A DNA stretch of 64,000 bases, taken from contig OZ252299.1 of NCBI GenBank assembly GCA_965250285.1, forward strand, positions 3,424,001-3,488,000. Direction: 5' to 3'. The notes beneath the pieces were generated by a model, which did no database searches, was not told the origin of the DNA, and worked only from the letters and a program-made list of their open reading frames with translations. Shown piece by piece: positions 1 through 10,213 of this stretch; position 1 is the first letter of the stretch, and each line of letters opens with the position of its first letter. The position numbers were made by a program, and so were the translations under genes. Source of the DNA: Myxococcota bacterium (GTDB lineage Bacteria; Myxococcota_A; UBA9160; UBA4427).

Positions 1-1492
1 TGTTGTCGATGACCTTGTCGATCAGCGCACGACACGCCGCGGCGTTGTCGGCTCCGCCGTCTGCGCTCTGAGAGGTCGAGAGCGCCGACTCGTGGATCGG
101 CAGGTCGGGCGTGAGATACTTGCGGAAGATCTCTCGCGCCGAGTCCGCGTCGGGTCGCTGCACCTTGACCTTCAGGTCGAGTCGACCGGGGCGCAGCACC
201 GCCGGGTCGATCAGATCCTGGCGATTCGATGCACCGATCACGATGACGTTCTCGAGCGATTCGACGCCGTCGATCTCCGAGAGGAACTGAGCGACGACGG
301 TGGCCTCCATGTCGCTCGAGATGCCGCTGCCGCGCATGCGGAAGAGCGAATCCATCTCGTCGAAGAACACGACCACCGGGATGTCCTGACTCGCCTTCTC
401 GCGCGCCTTCTTGAACACCTCGCGAATCTTGCTCTCGGTCTCGCCGACGTACTTGTTGAGCAGCTCGGGACCCTTGACGTTCAAGAAGTACGCCGTCGTC
501 GTCTTGCCCGTGCGTTCCTCGAACTTCTTGGCCAGAGCGTTCGCCACCGCCTTCGCGATCAGCGTCTTGCCGCAGCCGGGCGGGCCGTAGAGCAGGATGC
601 CCTTCGGCGGCTTCAGCTGGTGCTCGGCGAACACGTCGGGGTGCAGGTAGGGCAGCTCGACCGAGTCGCGCAGGATCTCGATCTGGTCGCCCAGGCCGCC
701 GATGTCCTCGTACGTGACGTCCGGCACCTCCTCGAGCATCACCTCTTCGACCGCCGACTTCGGCATCTTCTCGAGGGCGTAGAGCGTTCGCGTGTCGATC
801 ATCAGGTGATCGCCCACGCGGATCTTCTCGCTCCGCAGCGGCTCGGAGAGGGTCACGACCCGCTCGTCGTCGGCATGGCCCATCACCAGCACCCGATTCT
901 CGCTGACGAAGTCGGAGACGGTGACGACCTCGCCGCGCTGGGTGTAGCCCGAGGCCTCGACGACGTTGAACGCCTCGTTGAGAACCACGAGCTGGCCCTC
1001 TTCGAGCTGGAACGGATCGAGGTTGGGATGTGTGTTGACGCGCATCGGCCGACCGTCGACGACGATCTCGCTGGTGCCGTCCTTGTTCGCCCGCGTGAAG
1101 ATCCCGTAGGTGTTCGGCGGCGCGCAGAGCTTGTCGACCTCTTCCTTCAAGAGCTCGATCTGCTGCTTGGCCTCCTGGAGCATCGCGACCAGCTTCTCGT
1201 TCTGTCGCTCGGCATCGCGCACCTGGGTGCGACTCTGCTCGTAGCGGCGTCGAAGCGTTTCGAAGTCGGCGAGCACGCGATCGAGGCGATGCCGGAACTC
1301 GGACGAATCACTCCCGAAGAAGCGCATCGCGTCTTCGAGGTGCTCGAGCTCACTTTGCGCACGGGGCTCAGAGGGACCGGGACCCTCGGGTCCGTCCTCC
1401 GCCGAGGGCGGTGTGGCGGGGTTGATCCGCCGCATCACGTCTCGGACGAAGCCCTTCCGACCGTTGCCCGAACCGGAATCGTTCTCGCTCAT
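1..1492 (-). CDS. arc: Proteasome-associated AAA+ ATPase ARC/Mpa (3' end runs off the window)
   Basis: Manual translation from ATG at 1492 (GAGGAG RBS upstream): MSENDSGS..., coiled coil ...[18 protein letters not shown]-fold region, [14 protein letters not shown], Walker [27 protein letters not shown], Walker [28 protein letters not shown]. Absent from the ORF track because its stop lies outside the window. Confidence 0.93.
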   Translation of the reverse strand, partial: MSENDSGSGNGRKGFVRDVMRRINPATPPSAEDGPEGPGPSEPRAQSELEHLEDAMRFFGSDSSEFRHRLDRVLADFETLRRRYEQSRTQVRDAERQNEKLVAMLQEAKQQIELLKEEVDKLCAPPNTYGIFTRANKDGTSEIVVDGRPMRVNTHPNLDPFQLEEGQLVVLNEAFNVVEASGYTQRGEVVTVSDFVSENRVLVMGHADDERVVTLSEPLRSEKIRVGDHLMIDTRTLYALEKMPKSAVEEVMLEEVPDVTYEDIGGLGDQIEILRDSVELPYLHPDVFAEHQLKPPKGILLYGPPGCGKTLIAKAVANALAKKFEERTGKTTTAYFLNVKGPELLNKYVGETESKIREVFKKAREKASQDIPVVVFFDEMDSLFRMRGSGISSDMEATVVAQFLSEIDGVESLENVIVIGASNRQDLIDPAVLRPGRLDLKVKVQRPDADSAREIFRKYLTPDLPIHESALSTSQSADGGADNAAACRALIDKVIDN

Positions 1493-1556
1493 TGCGCCGT
1501 CTCCTCGTAGGGGTCCCTTCGATCACCGATGGGGCCGCTCTCTCTCCCCTGGTCTA

Positions 1557-1572
1557 TGCGAGGGCCGTGCCA
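1557..1572 (-). promoter_or_regulatory. Sigma54 (-24/-12) promoter upstream of arc
   Basis: Minus strand TGGCACG-GCCC-TCGCA, one mismatch to TGGCACG-N4-TTGCW with correct GG/GC spacing, about 65 bp upstream of the arc start. Confidence 0.7.
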
Positions 1573-2402
1573 AACTCGACTGCGGGCCCGGAATTCCAAC
1601 CAAGGCGGAGCGCTTGCACCTTGGCGGTCCGGGGGGGGAGCCGCGCAGTCGCCTTGCGACCCAGCAGCAGCGTCGAGCCAGCGGGAACGCCTCGAGGCTG
1701 CGTACGCGCCGCTCAGGGCCCGTGCAGCCATGCTCTCGAGCTCTCTCGCACACGAGCCCGAGCCATTTTTCAGCGGGGGGATCAGGTCTTCGGCCGTCCT
1801 GCAAGTCCCTGTCGGTGCGCTGAAAAGCAGCATCCCGTGAGATGCGCGGACGGCGCGCTCGTCGTTTCTGAACGCTTGCGCGAGGGGCAGCGGCCCTCTC
1901 GGTGGCCTCAGCGGCCAGGAGCACAACGACATCTTCGGACGACAGCTGGATCGGCGGCTTGAAACGTCGAACCTCTCGGAATCTCGCGTCTTTTGAGCTG
2001 ACTTAAGGGTACTGGCGATCGCCATCGTGTCAACCACACTACACACGCACGTGACTCGCTAAGCCACCGTTTCAAAACCGCTTTATGCTGGCGCGACGGC
2101 CTGCCGGAAGTCGCCGTGCCAGCCTCCTATAAGTGAGTTGCCGAAACCACGGTCGAGGTGCCGCACAACGCGCACCTTCCGCCGAAAAACGTCGCCACGG
2201 AACGAAGTGCTGCGCGGCGCCGCATCGGGCGGCGGGCGCGCCCAGCACCGATTTCGACGGATTTCGAACGGGTGGCGTCGGGTTCCGAACGTTCCCCGGG
2301 GCCGCCCGAGGCCGCAAAGCCTTGCAGGCGACGGCCCGCGACCGCAGCGTTTGGGGTCAAATGAGCAAGGCGACGGCGCCGTGAGGGCGGCCGAGCGGCG
2401 CT

Positions 2403-3188
2403 CTAGGGGCCCGAAGCGTCGCCCCCGGCGATGCCCGGCTCGAGATCGACGACCCGGACACCCTCGACGGCCTGCCACTCGAATCGACTGGCGGGCGGCT
2501 TCTGGTCGAAGCGCACGTCGGCGAAGCGCAGCTCGGTCACGTTGCCGAAGAGATCGAAGATCGTCGTGCCGACGACGACCGAGTTCGCGTCGACCGCGAT
2601 CTCCAGCTTCTCGTACGAAGCGTCCTGTCTCGGCAGAAGCGCGAGCCGCACCCGGTCGGCCTCACAGCCCGCGAGATCGACCTCGAACGCGTCGGCGATC
2701 GCGCCTTCGCCGAGCAGAAACTGGAGCGCCGCCCCGGCGAGGTACCCCGAGGTCACCTGCGCGCGCGTCACCTCTCGGGCCGGCACGTCGTAGATCCAGA
2801 GCGTCTGGCCGTTCGAGAGCACCAGACTCTCGCGCGGCGCCGCGTAGTGCCAACGCATGCGGCCGGGCTTCGAGATCTGAACCCGCCCCGTCGTGGCCTC
2901 GTCGTCGCCGAGCCCGGCCCCGCCCATCATCACCGAGCGCGTGGTCTGGCTGAATCGGGCCTCGAGGTCGCTGATCGCGTCGTACCGCGCCTGCACGCCG
3001 GCCACGACGGCCTCGACGTCGACCTCCGCACAGGCCGACGCCTCGTCGGCGCGCGCCGCGCCGGGCCACGCAACGAATGTGAGCAGGACGAGCCACAGCA
3101 GGCCGATCGATGCGCGCCGGCCCGACGGCGTCGCTGCGCGTCGGTCGCGCCAGCCCGTCTCGGGCATCGCGGTGGGGGCGTCTCGCAT
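2403..3188 (-). CDS. lolA: Outer-membrane lipoprotein carrier protein LolA
   Basis: Signal peptide (AxA), ARFSQT, KPGRMRWHY, LSNGQTLWIYD, DLFGNVTELRF; conserved position downstream of ftsK. Start codon uncertain. Confidence 0.88.
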   Translation of the reverse strand: MRDAPTAMPETGWRDRRAATPSGRRASIGLLWLVLLTFVAWPGAARADEASACAEVDVEAVVAGVQARYDAISDLEARFSQTTRSVMMGGAGLGDDEATTGRVQISKPGRMRWHYAAPRESLVLSNGQTLWIYDVPAREVTRAQVTSGYLAGAALQFLLGEGAIADAFEVDLAGCEADRVRLALLPRQDASYEKLEIAVDANSVVVGTTIFDLFGNVTELRFADVRFDQKPPASRFEWQAVEGVRVVDLEPGIAGGDASGP

Positions 3189-3282
3189 GGCGACGCAGAT
3201 CCTCACAGGCGCTCGGGTCATGGAGCGGTGGGACACCGCCGGGCCTCCCCCGGATCACCCGGCCTCGGCACCGGAGAGTGGC

Positions 3283-5787
3283 CTATTCGTCGGCCGCCAG
3301 CTCGCCGCCCTCGCCCTCTTCGGGGTTGGGCAGGAAGATCTCACGCGGCCGCGTACCGACCTGCGGGCCGATCATCCCACTGTGCTCCATCTGCTCGATG
3401 ATGCGAGCTGCGCGGTTGTAGCCGATCTTCAGGCGGCGCTGGATGTACGAGATCGAGGGCTTGCGCGACTCGGCCACGATGGCGACGGCCTGATCGAACA
3501 TCTCGTCGACCTCCTCGTCGTCGACCTCACCGCCAGCGGTCTCGGGCCCCTGCTCGGTGAATCGGACGAGCTCTTCATCGAAGACCGGCTTGCCCTGCTC
3601 CTTCAGGCAGTCCACCAGCTGCACGACCTCCTTCTCGCTCACGAACGAGCCGTGCACGCGTTGCAGGGTCGAAGTTCCCGGCGGCAGGAACAGCATGTCG
3701 CCCATGCCGAGCAGATTCTCGGCCCCCTTCTGATCGAGGATCGTGCGCGAGTCGGTCGACGACGAGACCTGGAACGAGACGCGCGAAGGGAAGTTCGCCT
3801 TGATGACGCCGGTCAGAACGTCGACGCTCGGGCGCTGGGTCGCGAGCACGAGATGGATGCCGGCCGCGCGCGCCATCTGCGCCAGACGCTGCAGCGACTC
3901 CTCGACCTCCTTGGCCACCATCACCATGAGATCGGCGAGCTCGTCGATCACGACGACGATGTACGGCATCTCGGCCCAGGGCACCTCTTCGGGCTCGCCC
4001 TCGGCGTGCCCCTGCTTGGCCTTCAGCGTGAACGTCTCTTCGCCCTCGGCGATCTTCTCACGCGCCTTCTCGTTGAACTGTTTGATGTTGCGAACCTGCA
4101 CCGAGCTCATCATCTGATATCGCTCTTCCATCTTGCGCACGACGCCCTGCAGCGCAGCCGCGGCCCGCTTCGGGTTGGTCACCACGTCGGCGATGAGATG
4201 GGGCACACCCTCGTAGATCGAGAGTTCGAGCAGCTTCGGGTCGACCAGCAGCAGCTTGAGCTGATCGGGCGTCGCGCGACAGAGCAGCGACGTGAGCAGG
4301 GAATTGAGGAAGACGCTCTTGCCCGTGCCGGTCGAGCCCGCGACGAGCACGTGGGGCATCTTCGCGAGATCGGCCACCACCGGCGCGCCGAAGATGTCCA
4401 TGCCCATCGCGACGGTGAGCGGTGAGTCGTTCTTGCGAAACACATCGGCCTCGAGAACGGTGCGCAGGTACACGATGTCGCGGCTCGCGTTCGGCACCTC
4501 GATACCGACCACGCTCTTGCCCGGCAGCGGCGCGATGATGCGAATCGAGATCGCGCGCAGCGCCATCGTCAGGTCATCCGTCAGGTTGACGATGCGGTTG
4601 ACTTTGATGCCGGCCGCCGGCTCGAACTCGTACATCGTGATCACGGGACCAGGGTGCACGCGCACGACCCGCCCCTCGACGCCGAAGTCGGCGAGCTTCT
4701 TCTCGAGGATCTTCGAGTTCATGAGCAGGCTCTCGCGGTCGTACGACCGCTCACCGCTCTCGGGCTTCGCGAAGATCGAGACGTCGGGCAGCTGGAAGGG
4801 GCCGACCGGGCCTTCCTCACGGAACTCGAACGTCTCCTGCTCGGGCTTGCGCTGCTTCGAGCGTTCTTCCTCGTGATCGACGATGTCGGGCTCGCCCCCG
4901 CGTGCCGTGCGCGGCGCCGGCGCCGGCGCGGCGTCGACCTCGATCGGGCGCGCCTTCTTCGGCGCAGTTTCGGCGGGCTTCGGCGGCTCGGCCTCGGCGA
5001 TGGGGTCTTCGATCTCGGGTCCGCGGCGATCGAGGACTCGCTCGCGGCGGGCCTGCTGCTCTCGCCAGACGCGGAAGCGCGCGGGCCACTCGCGCAGCCA
5101 GTCGACGCTCTGCTCGACACCAGTCGCCACGAAAGCGAGCGCCTGGCGCAGCCCCTGACCGATCCAGAGGGCGCCGGCCGCAGTGACGCGCCCGGTCGCG
5201 GCCGCCGCGCTACCCACGGCCGCCAGCGCTTGGCCGCTCGAGATGCCGACGGCGCCCAGGCCCGCGACCAGGAGCAGAGCACCGTTCACGACGAGCGCGC
5301 CCCAGCTCGACAGCAACAGCGACTCGGCACCACCGAGCTTCGCTCCGAGCCAGCCACCCGAGGCGGCGACGGGGGGCAGCGCGCCGGGAGCGACCCGGCT
5401 GACCAGCTCGGGGAGCGTCGCGCCGACCACCAGGAGCAACCCGCTGGCGATCCAGAAGCGGGAGAGCAGGGGCGGCATGCCGCGGCCGAGCACGAGACGG
5501 CCGCCGACGACGGCGCACGACGCGACGAGCACATAGGCCGCCACGCCGAACGCGCGAACCAGACCGGCCGACAGCGTGGCGCCGATCGCGCCGAGCAGGT
5601 TCTCGACTTCGACCAGCTCGAGCACCGGGTCGTAGGGTGAGTAGGTCGCGAGGGCGAGCGTTGCGATCAGGGCGAAGAAGAGCAGTGCGAGCCCGGCGGC
5701 CTCGGCCCCGACGCTGGCGAGCAGGCCGGGGCCATCGCTGGGCGCTGCGCTCTTGGATCTCGCTCGCTTCGCCGCTGCTCTAGCCAC
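3283..5787 (-). CDS. ftsK: DNA translocase FtsK
   Basis: N-terminal TM region, GPVITMYEFEPAAGIKV, MPHVLVAGSTGTGKS, VVVIDELADLM, ATQRPSVDV, gamma domain SISYIQRRLKIGYNRAARIIEQME. GTG start at 5787 inferred. Confidence 0.96.
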   Translation of the reverse strand: MARAAAKRARSKSAAPSDGPGLLASVGAEAAGLALLFFALIATLALATYSPYDPVLELVEVENLLGAIGATLSAGLVRAFGVAAYVLVASCAVVGGRLVLGRGMPPLLSRFWIASGLLLVVGATLPELVSRVAPGALPPVAASGGWLGAKLGGAESLLLSSWGALVVNGALLLVAGLGAVGISSGQALAAVGSAAAATGRVTAAGALWIGQGLRQALAFVATGVEQSVDWLREWPARFRVWREQQARRERVLDRRGPEIEDPIAEAEPPKPAETAPKKARPIEVDAAPAPAPRTARGGEPDIVDHEEERSKQRKPEQETFEFREEGPVGPFQLPDVSIFAKPESGERSYDRESLLMNSKILEKKLADFGVEGRVVRVHPGPVITMYEFEPAAGIKVNRIVNLTDDLTMALRAISIRIIAPLPGKSVVGIEVPNASRDIVYLRTVLEADVFRKNDSPLTVAMGMDIFGAPVVADLAKMPHVLVAGSTGTGKSVFLNSLLTSLLCRATPDQLKLLLVDPKLLELSIYEGVPHLIADVVTNPKRAAAALQGVVRKMEERYQMMSSVQVRNIKQFNEKAREKIAEGEETFTLKAKQGHAEGEPEEVPWAEMPYIVVVIDELADLMVMVAKEVEESLQRLAQMARAAGIHLVLATQRPSVDVLTGVIKANFPSRVSFQVSSSTDSRTILDQKGAENLLGMGDMLFLPPGTSTLQRVHGSFVSEKEVVQLVDCLKEQGKPVFDEELVRFTEQGPETAGGEVDDEEVDEMFDQAVAIVAESRKPSISYIQRRLKIGYNRAARIIEQMEHSGMIGPQVGTRPREIFLPNPEEGEGGELAADE

Positions 5788-6151
5788 GTCGTCCACCCCG
5801 TCCGGACCCGAAAGCGGGTCTGCGGGGGGTGTCTTGGTTCTGAACGTGTGGTCGGTCGAGCGCGCTGTCTGCGTCGGCCCATGCGCGCGACTCGGCCGGG
5901 TGGCCGGGATCGACGCTCGGATCATGGAGCCTCTGCGGGCGCGGCCCGCGCGGGCCTGCCGCACCGTTCACGATGAAACGCTGTTCGACCAGACGGTGCT
6001 CGCGCAGAACACTCGACATCTTCCCTCACCCCCCGGAAAGGGAACCACCCGGCGAGCATACCGGTGGCGCCCCGGACGCGCCATCGACGCGTCGGGGCGC
6101 GCGCGAACCGCGATCGGTCGGGTGCGGGCGCGACCGCGGCCGGATCGAGCC

Positions 6152-6180
6152 TTGACTGCCCCGAGAGTGGCTGGGATCAT
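6152..6180 (+). promoter_or_regulatory. Putative sigma70 promoter of ssb
   Basis: TTGACT-N17-GATCAT about 40 bp upstream of the ssb start. Confidence 0.4.
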
Positions 6181-6222
6181 CGTTTCTTCATTCCCCCTTT
6201 CGAAGTCCCGATGGAGCCCCCC

Positions 6223-6675
6223 ATGGCCGGAGTAAACAAGGTCATTCTCGTTGGCAATCTCGGTCGCGATCCGGAGCTGCGGTACACGCAGAACGGGCAA
6301 GCGGTCGCGAACTTCACGCTCGCGACGACCGAGAACTGGAACGACAAGAACGGCGAGCGGACCGAACGCACCGAATGGCACCGCATCGTCACGTGGGGGA
6401 AGCTCGCCGAGCTGTGCGCGCAGTACCTCAACAAGGGACGCACGGTGTACGTCGAGGGACGACTGCAGACGCGCGAGTGGGAAGACCGCGAAGGCAACAA
6501 GCGGCAGACCACCGAGATCAATGCTCAGACGGTCAACTTCCTGGGCGGGGGTCGCGGTGAGGGTGGCGGCGGCGGCGCACCGCGCGGGGGCGGCGACGGA
6601 CCGGGCGGAGCCGGTGGCCCGGCAGGAGGTCCGCCCGGCGGCCCGCCCTCGGCCGACGACGACATCCCCTTCTAG
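6223..6675 (+). CDS. ssb: Single-stranded DNA-binding protein
   Basis: [38 protein letters not shown], Gly/Pro linker, C-terminal DDDIPF. Confidence 0.98.
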   Translation: MAGVNKVILVGNLGRDPELRYTQNGQAVANFTLATTENWNDKNGERTERTEWHRIVTWGKLAELCAQYLNKGRTVYVEGRLQTREWEDREGNKRQTTEINAQTVNFLGGGRGEGGGGGAPRGGGDGPGGAGGPAGGPPGGPPSADDDIPF

Positions 6676-6746
6676 AGCGGCCTCGCACGCGACGGCGAAC
6701 CCGTCCATGTGGCCGAGTCGCGATCGGCAATCGCGGAGCGGTGCGA

Positions 6747-6809
6747 CGCGTGCGCGCGGTGGTCACACGCGAGCGCGCGATGGTCATACGCGTGCACCCG
6801 GTGATCGAC
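6747..6809. repeat. Imperfect 21-bp tandem repeat, about 3 copies
   Basis: CGCGTGCGCGCGGTGGTCACA / CGCGAGCGCGCGATGGTCATA / CGCGTGCACCCGGTGATCGAC between convergent genes. Confidence 0.55.
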
Positions 6810-6862
6810 TGTGCGTGAAGCGGGTCTGCGCGGGATGCGGCGGCGCCACGCGCCGCGCGCTC

Positions 6863-7243
6863 TCAGCTCTGGGGCTGGCCGATCCGAAGCGAACGAATCA
6901 GGACGTCGATGCGCGCCCGATCTTCGGGCGAGAGCTCTTCGAACTCGATGCCCATCCCGGGCGGGTTCAGCGCATCACCCGGCGTCACGTGGACGACCCG
7001 GCCAATGGTGCGCACGGTCTCGTCGCTGCCGGGTAGGTTGAAGTGCATCGTGACCTCGGTGCCCTGCAATTGCGGCTTCTCGGTCTCGATGAACAGGCCG
7101 CCCTCGTTGATGTCCCGGGTGAACTCCGAGAACATCTCATCGACCGTCGAGTAGTCGACGCGAACGATGAGCTCCGTGCGCAGGCTGCGCCGTCGCTCCT
7201 CGGCCTCCGAGGCCTCTGCGCTCTCGAAACTGACTCGCGCCAT
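6863..7243 (-). CDS. Stand-alone PilZ-domain protein (TIGR02266-like)
   Basis: RRRSLR (RxxxR), DINEGG (D/NxxxxG), GRVVHV, PPGMGIEF. Confidence 0.88.
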   Translation of the reverse strand: MARVSFESAEASEAEERRRSLRTELIVRVDYSTVDEMFSEFTRDINEGGLFIETEKPQLQGTEVTMHFNLPGSDETVRTIGRVVHVTPGDALNPPGMGIEFEELSPEDRARIDVLIRSLRIGQPQS

Positions 7244-7602
7244 CGTCTGGCTCCGACCGGCGTGCGCCCCGCGCCCCTTGCCGCGTGACAAGGGACCCGG
7301 TCGCGTCCCATCGCACATCGCATCGGCCTCGCGGCCGAAGAACCTGAGCCGGACACCCCCTCGTCGAGGAGGAGCCGCCTGAACGACCTGGGCGACTGAA
7401 ATTCAACGTGGCTGAAAGATTGCGCTCAAGGAGCCCGCACGCCGGCCGATGAACAAGAAGCTTCCGCGGCGCGACGGCGACCCCGCGCGCACCCTGTCGG
7501 GAGCACATTCGAAACGGCGACGTCCAGTGAGGCGCGCCGTTTCGTCGTTTCTGGGCGCCGACGGACGCGGCGGCGGACGTGCAAGTGTGGCCCGAACGCG
7601 CC

Positions 7603-8322
7603 TCATGACAGCGCGCCGGCATCCTCGAGTTGCCCGGCCTCTCGAAAGCTGTAGTAGCCGTCGCCCGCCACGATCACGTGGTCGACGACACGAATGCCCA
7701 CGAGACGACCCGCCGCAGCCAACCGTTCGGTGACGGCGGCGTCTTCAGCACTCGGCGAGGGGTCGCCGCTCGGATGGTTGTGCGCGATCAGGATCGCCGC
7801 CGCGCTCTCGCGGACCGCGAAGCGAAAGACCTCGCGCGGGTGGACCAGGCTCGCCGTCAGGGTTCCGACCGAGACGACATGCTCGGCCCGCATGCGGTGC
7901 CGCGCATCGAGGCCGAACACACGGAACTGCTCGATCTCGAGATCGCGGACGAGCGGACGCAGATACCGATCGACGTCGGACGGTGCTCGAAAGGCAACGC
8001 CGCGCCGCGCGCGCCGCGTCGCGACCCACCGACCGAGCGCGACGGCCGCGACCAGCCGATCGGCGCCGGCCCGGCCGACGCCGGGCAATCGCGAGAGCTC
8101 TTCGGCCGTGGCCCTCGCCAACCCGTCGAGGCCACCCACGCGATCGAGGAGCGCCTCGGCCAGACCGAGCCCACCCGCGCGCCGACGGCGAGGACGCAGC
8201 ACCCGGTGCACGAGCGCGGCGGGTGCGAGGTCGCCGGCGTCGAACTCGCCGGATTCGTCTTCGTGGCTCGCGCCGGCCCGCGCGATCGGCGCGCTGGCGG
8301 TGCGCTCGGACAACGCCTTCAT
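7603..8322 (-). CDS. radC: RadC family JAB-domain protein
   Basis: HhH-like LPGVG, SVGTLTASLVHPREVFR, HNHPSGDPSPSAED, VDHVIV. Confidence 0.93.
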   Translation of the reverse strand: MKALSERTASAPIARAGASHEDESGEFDAGDLAPAALVHRVLRPRRRRAGGLGLAEALLDRVGGLDGLARATAEELSRLPGVGRAGADRLVAAVALGRWVATRRARRGVAFRAPSDVDRYLRPLVRDLEIEQFRVFGLDARHRMRAEHVVSVGTLTASLVHPREVFRFAVRESAAAILIAHNHPSGDPSPSAEDAAVTERLAAAGRLVGIRVVDHVIVAGDGYYSFREAGQLEDAGALS

Positions 8323-8357
8323 GAGGAGTCCCGGGGACCGGGGTTGCGCAGCCTATC

Positions 8358-8671
8358 TCGACGCGGCGCGAGCGCCGCCGCAAACGGTCAGACTTCGGTC
8401 AAACCCGCCGCGCGGGCGCGCAGGTCGCCTCTGATTTCGACGCGGCGCGAGCGCCGCCGCGAACGGTCAGACTTCGGTCAAACCCGCTGCGCGGGCGCGC
8501 AGGTCGCCTCTGATTTCGACGCGGCGCGAGCGCCGCCGCGAACGGTCAGACTTCGGTCAAACCCGCTGCGCGGGCGCGCAGGTCGCCTCTGATTTCGACG
8601 CGGCGCGAGCGCCGCCGCGAACGGTCAGACTAGGGTCAAACCCGCCGCGATGGCGCGCAGGTCGCCTCTGA
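8358..8671. repeat. Intergenic tandem array, 4 x 79 bp, hairpin-rich
   Basis: Unit starts TCGACGCGGCGCGAGCGCCGC at 8358, 8437, 8516 and 8595; copies are near-identical with no unique spacers. Confidence 0.96.
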
Positions 8672-8672
8672 C

Positions 8673-9971
8673 TCACGCCCCCGAACGGCAGCTCGCCTCG
8701 CTCGTTCGGGCGGCTTCGACTGCGGCTCGGAACGCCGCGGGCGGCAGCTCGGGCCCGAGCAGGCCCCTCAGCGCGTCCTCTCGAGACGCTTCGGGCTCGA
8801 GCGCAGCGACGAAACCGTCGAGCAGCGCGAGGAACCCCCGGGCCGCGCCCGGCTGCGTCAGCGCCATCTCGAGCTCGATGTCGACGCCCGGCCGGTACCG
8901 CGTGCCGTCTTCGAAATCGACGACACCATCGGCCGACAGGTCGCCCAGGCGTCGCATCGAAGCGCGCACGTAGGGGTCGACGAACGAGCCGCGCGGGACC
9001 AGCGCACGAGCCAGCTCACCGGCGTCGAGCTCACGACGAAGCGCGTCGTCGAACGCGAGGCGACAGCCCTCGATGACCGAGGCATCGAGGCCCGCGAGCG
9101 CCGCCTGCGCGCGGCGGACGACGTCGGCGCCGCCGTCGGTCGGAGCCAGCTCGAGCACGAACGCATAGAGCTCGCGCGGCGCGTCGTAGTCCTGACGCGA
9201 ACGCAGCTCGGATCGCTCGCTGCCCTCGGGCGTGAGCACCATCTTCACCAGCAGGTCCTCACCGAGCTGCTGTGCGTAGCTCTCACCGATGAGCGGGCTG
9301 TGGATCTCTTCGACGCTCGCGCGGGCCCGCTTCGTCATTGCCGTCTCATTGAGGATCAGCGAGAGGCCGTCATCGCTCTCCTGGACGCGAAATGCAAGCG
9401 CCTCCTTCGTCATGAACGACAGCGACGACCGGCCCGCGAAGTATCGGTGGCCGACTGCCTCGAGCCGATTCGGGAGCGGCGAGAGATCGATCATGACCTT
9501 CTCGACGCCGGACCGCACCTTGATGCGGCGCGTGCGCTGCTGATAGCCCTCGGCGAACGCGCGGATCGTGAGCGTGTCGCGGGGTCCGGCATCGAGCCGC
9601 GACGGCAGGATCACGCGCACCGGCGCTTCGGCCTGCTCGAAGCGTTTCTGGAAGCCCGCGCGGACGTAGAAGAGATCGACGTAGCCCCCAGGTGGCGTCG
9701 TATCGATCTCGATCTCGCGGGCCGCGTAGAAGTGCGAGCGCCCCCGAAACAGAGCACCGATGGGCGCGACGACGTAGCGAAAGCTCCATTCGTCGGGTTC
9801 GGGCGGCGTGAGATCGAGGATCTCGGGCTCGGGTGCCGGTGGCGATTCGTCGGCATGGACCGACCGCGGCACGAGGCCGCTCGAGAGCGCGAGGCACACG
9901 AGGACACCGGCGCAGAGGGCGCGGGCGAAGTCGGGTCGATGCGGCGGGTGGGTTCGGCGGTTCGGCGACAT
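8673..9971 (-). CDS. Hypothetical exported protein
   Basis: Long ORF with typical codon usage, signal-peptide-like N-terminus (ALCAGVLVCLALSSG..VHA) and a PEGA-like segment (IEIDTTPPGG..AEGYQ). Start inferred. Confidence 0.7.
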   Translation of the reverse strand: MSPNRRTHPPHRPDFARALCAGVLVCLALSSGLVPRSVHADESPPAPEPEILDLTPPEPDEWSFRYVVAPIGALFRGRSHFYAAREIEIDTTPPGGYVDLFYVRAGFQKRFEQAEAPVRVILPSRLDAGPRDTLTIRAFAEGYQQRTRRIKVRSGVEKVMIDLSPLPNRLEAVGHRYFAGRSSLSFMTKEALAFRVQESDDGLSLILNETAMTKRARASVEEIHSPLIGESYAQQLGEDLLVKMVLTPEGSERSELRSRQDYDAPRELYAFVLELAPTDGGADVVRRAQAALAGLDASVIEGCRLAFDDALRRELDAGELARALVPRGSFVDPYVRASMRRLGDLSADGVVDFEDGTRYRPGVDIELEMALTQPGAARGFLALLDGFVAALEPEASREDALRGLLGPELPPAAFRAAVEAARTSEASCRSGA

Positions 9972-10091
9972 GGGGCGGCTGAAGACGGGCGTTTGCGGTC
10001 GTGGGCGGAGTTCGATGCGCCCAGGCAGCAACTCGATCGAACCTGCGCCGCGCGCGCCCGGAGAGTACATGGGCCGTGCGTCGGTGCACGA

Positions 10092-10178
10092 CGCGGCGGC
10101 GTTCCCGACCCGATGAAGACGAGCCCTCGCCGCGGCGGCGTTCCCGACCCGATGAAGACCAGCCCTCGCCGCGGCGGC
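10092..10178. repeat. 39-bp tandem duplication (about 2.2 copies)
   Basis: CGCGGCGGCGTTCCCGACCCGATGAAGAC(G/C)AGCCCTCGC at 10092 and 10131, partial copy at 10170. Confidence 0.9.
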
Positions 10179-10213
10179 CGCGAGTTCGGGCTCGGGGCCG
10201 GCGGTCGGCGGTC

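Noticed and set aside
92..1510. 472-aa plus-strand ORF
   Set aside because: Antisense shadow of arc; the real gene with AAA+ motifs is on the minus strand.
7603..8322. radC as a marker of a mobile element
   Set aside because: Long chromosomal-type RadC with an HhH segment; no integrase, att sites or compositional shift nearby.
8358..8671. Possible CRISPR array
   Set aside because: Units are repeated in full with no unique spacers, and there are no cas genes in the window.
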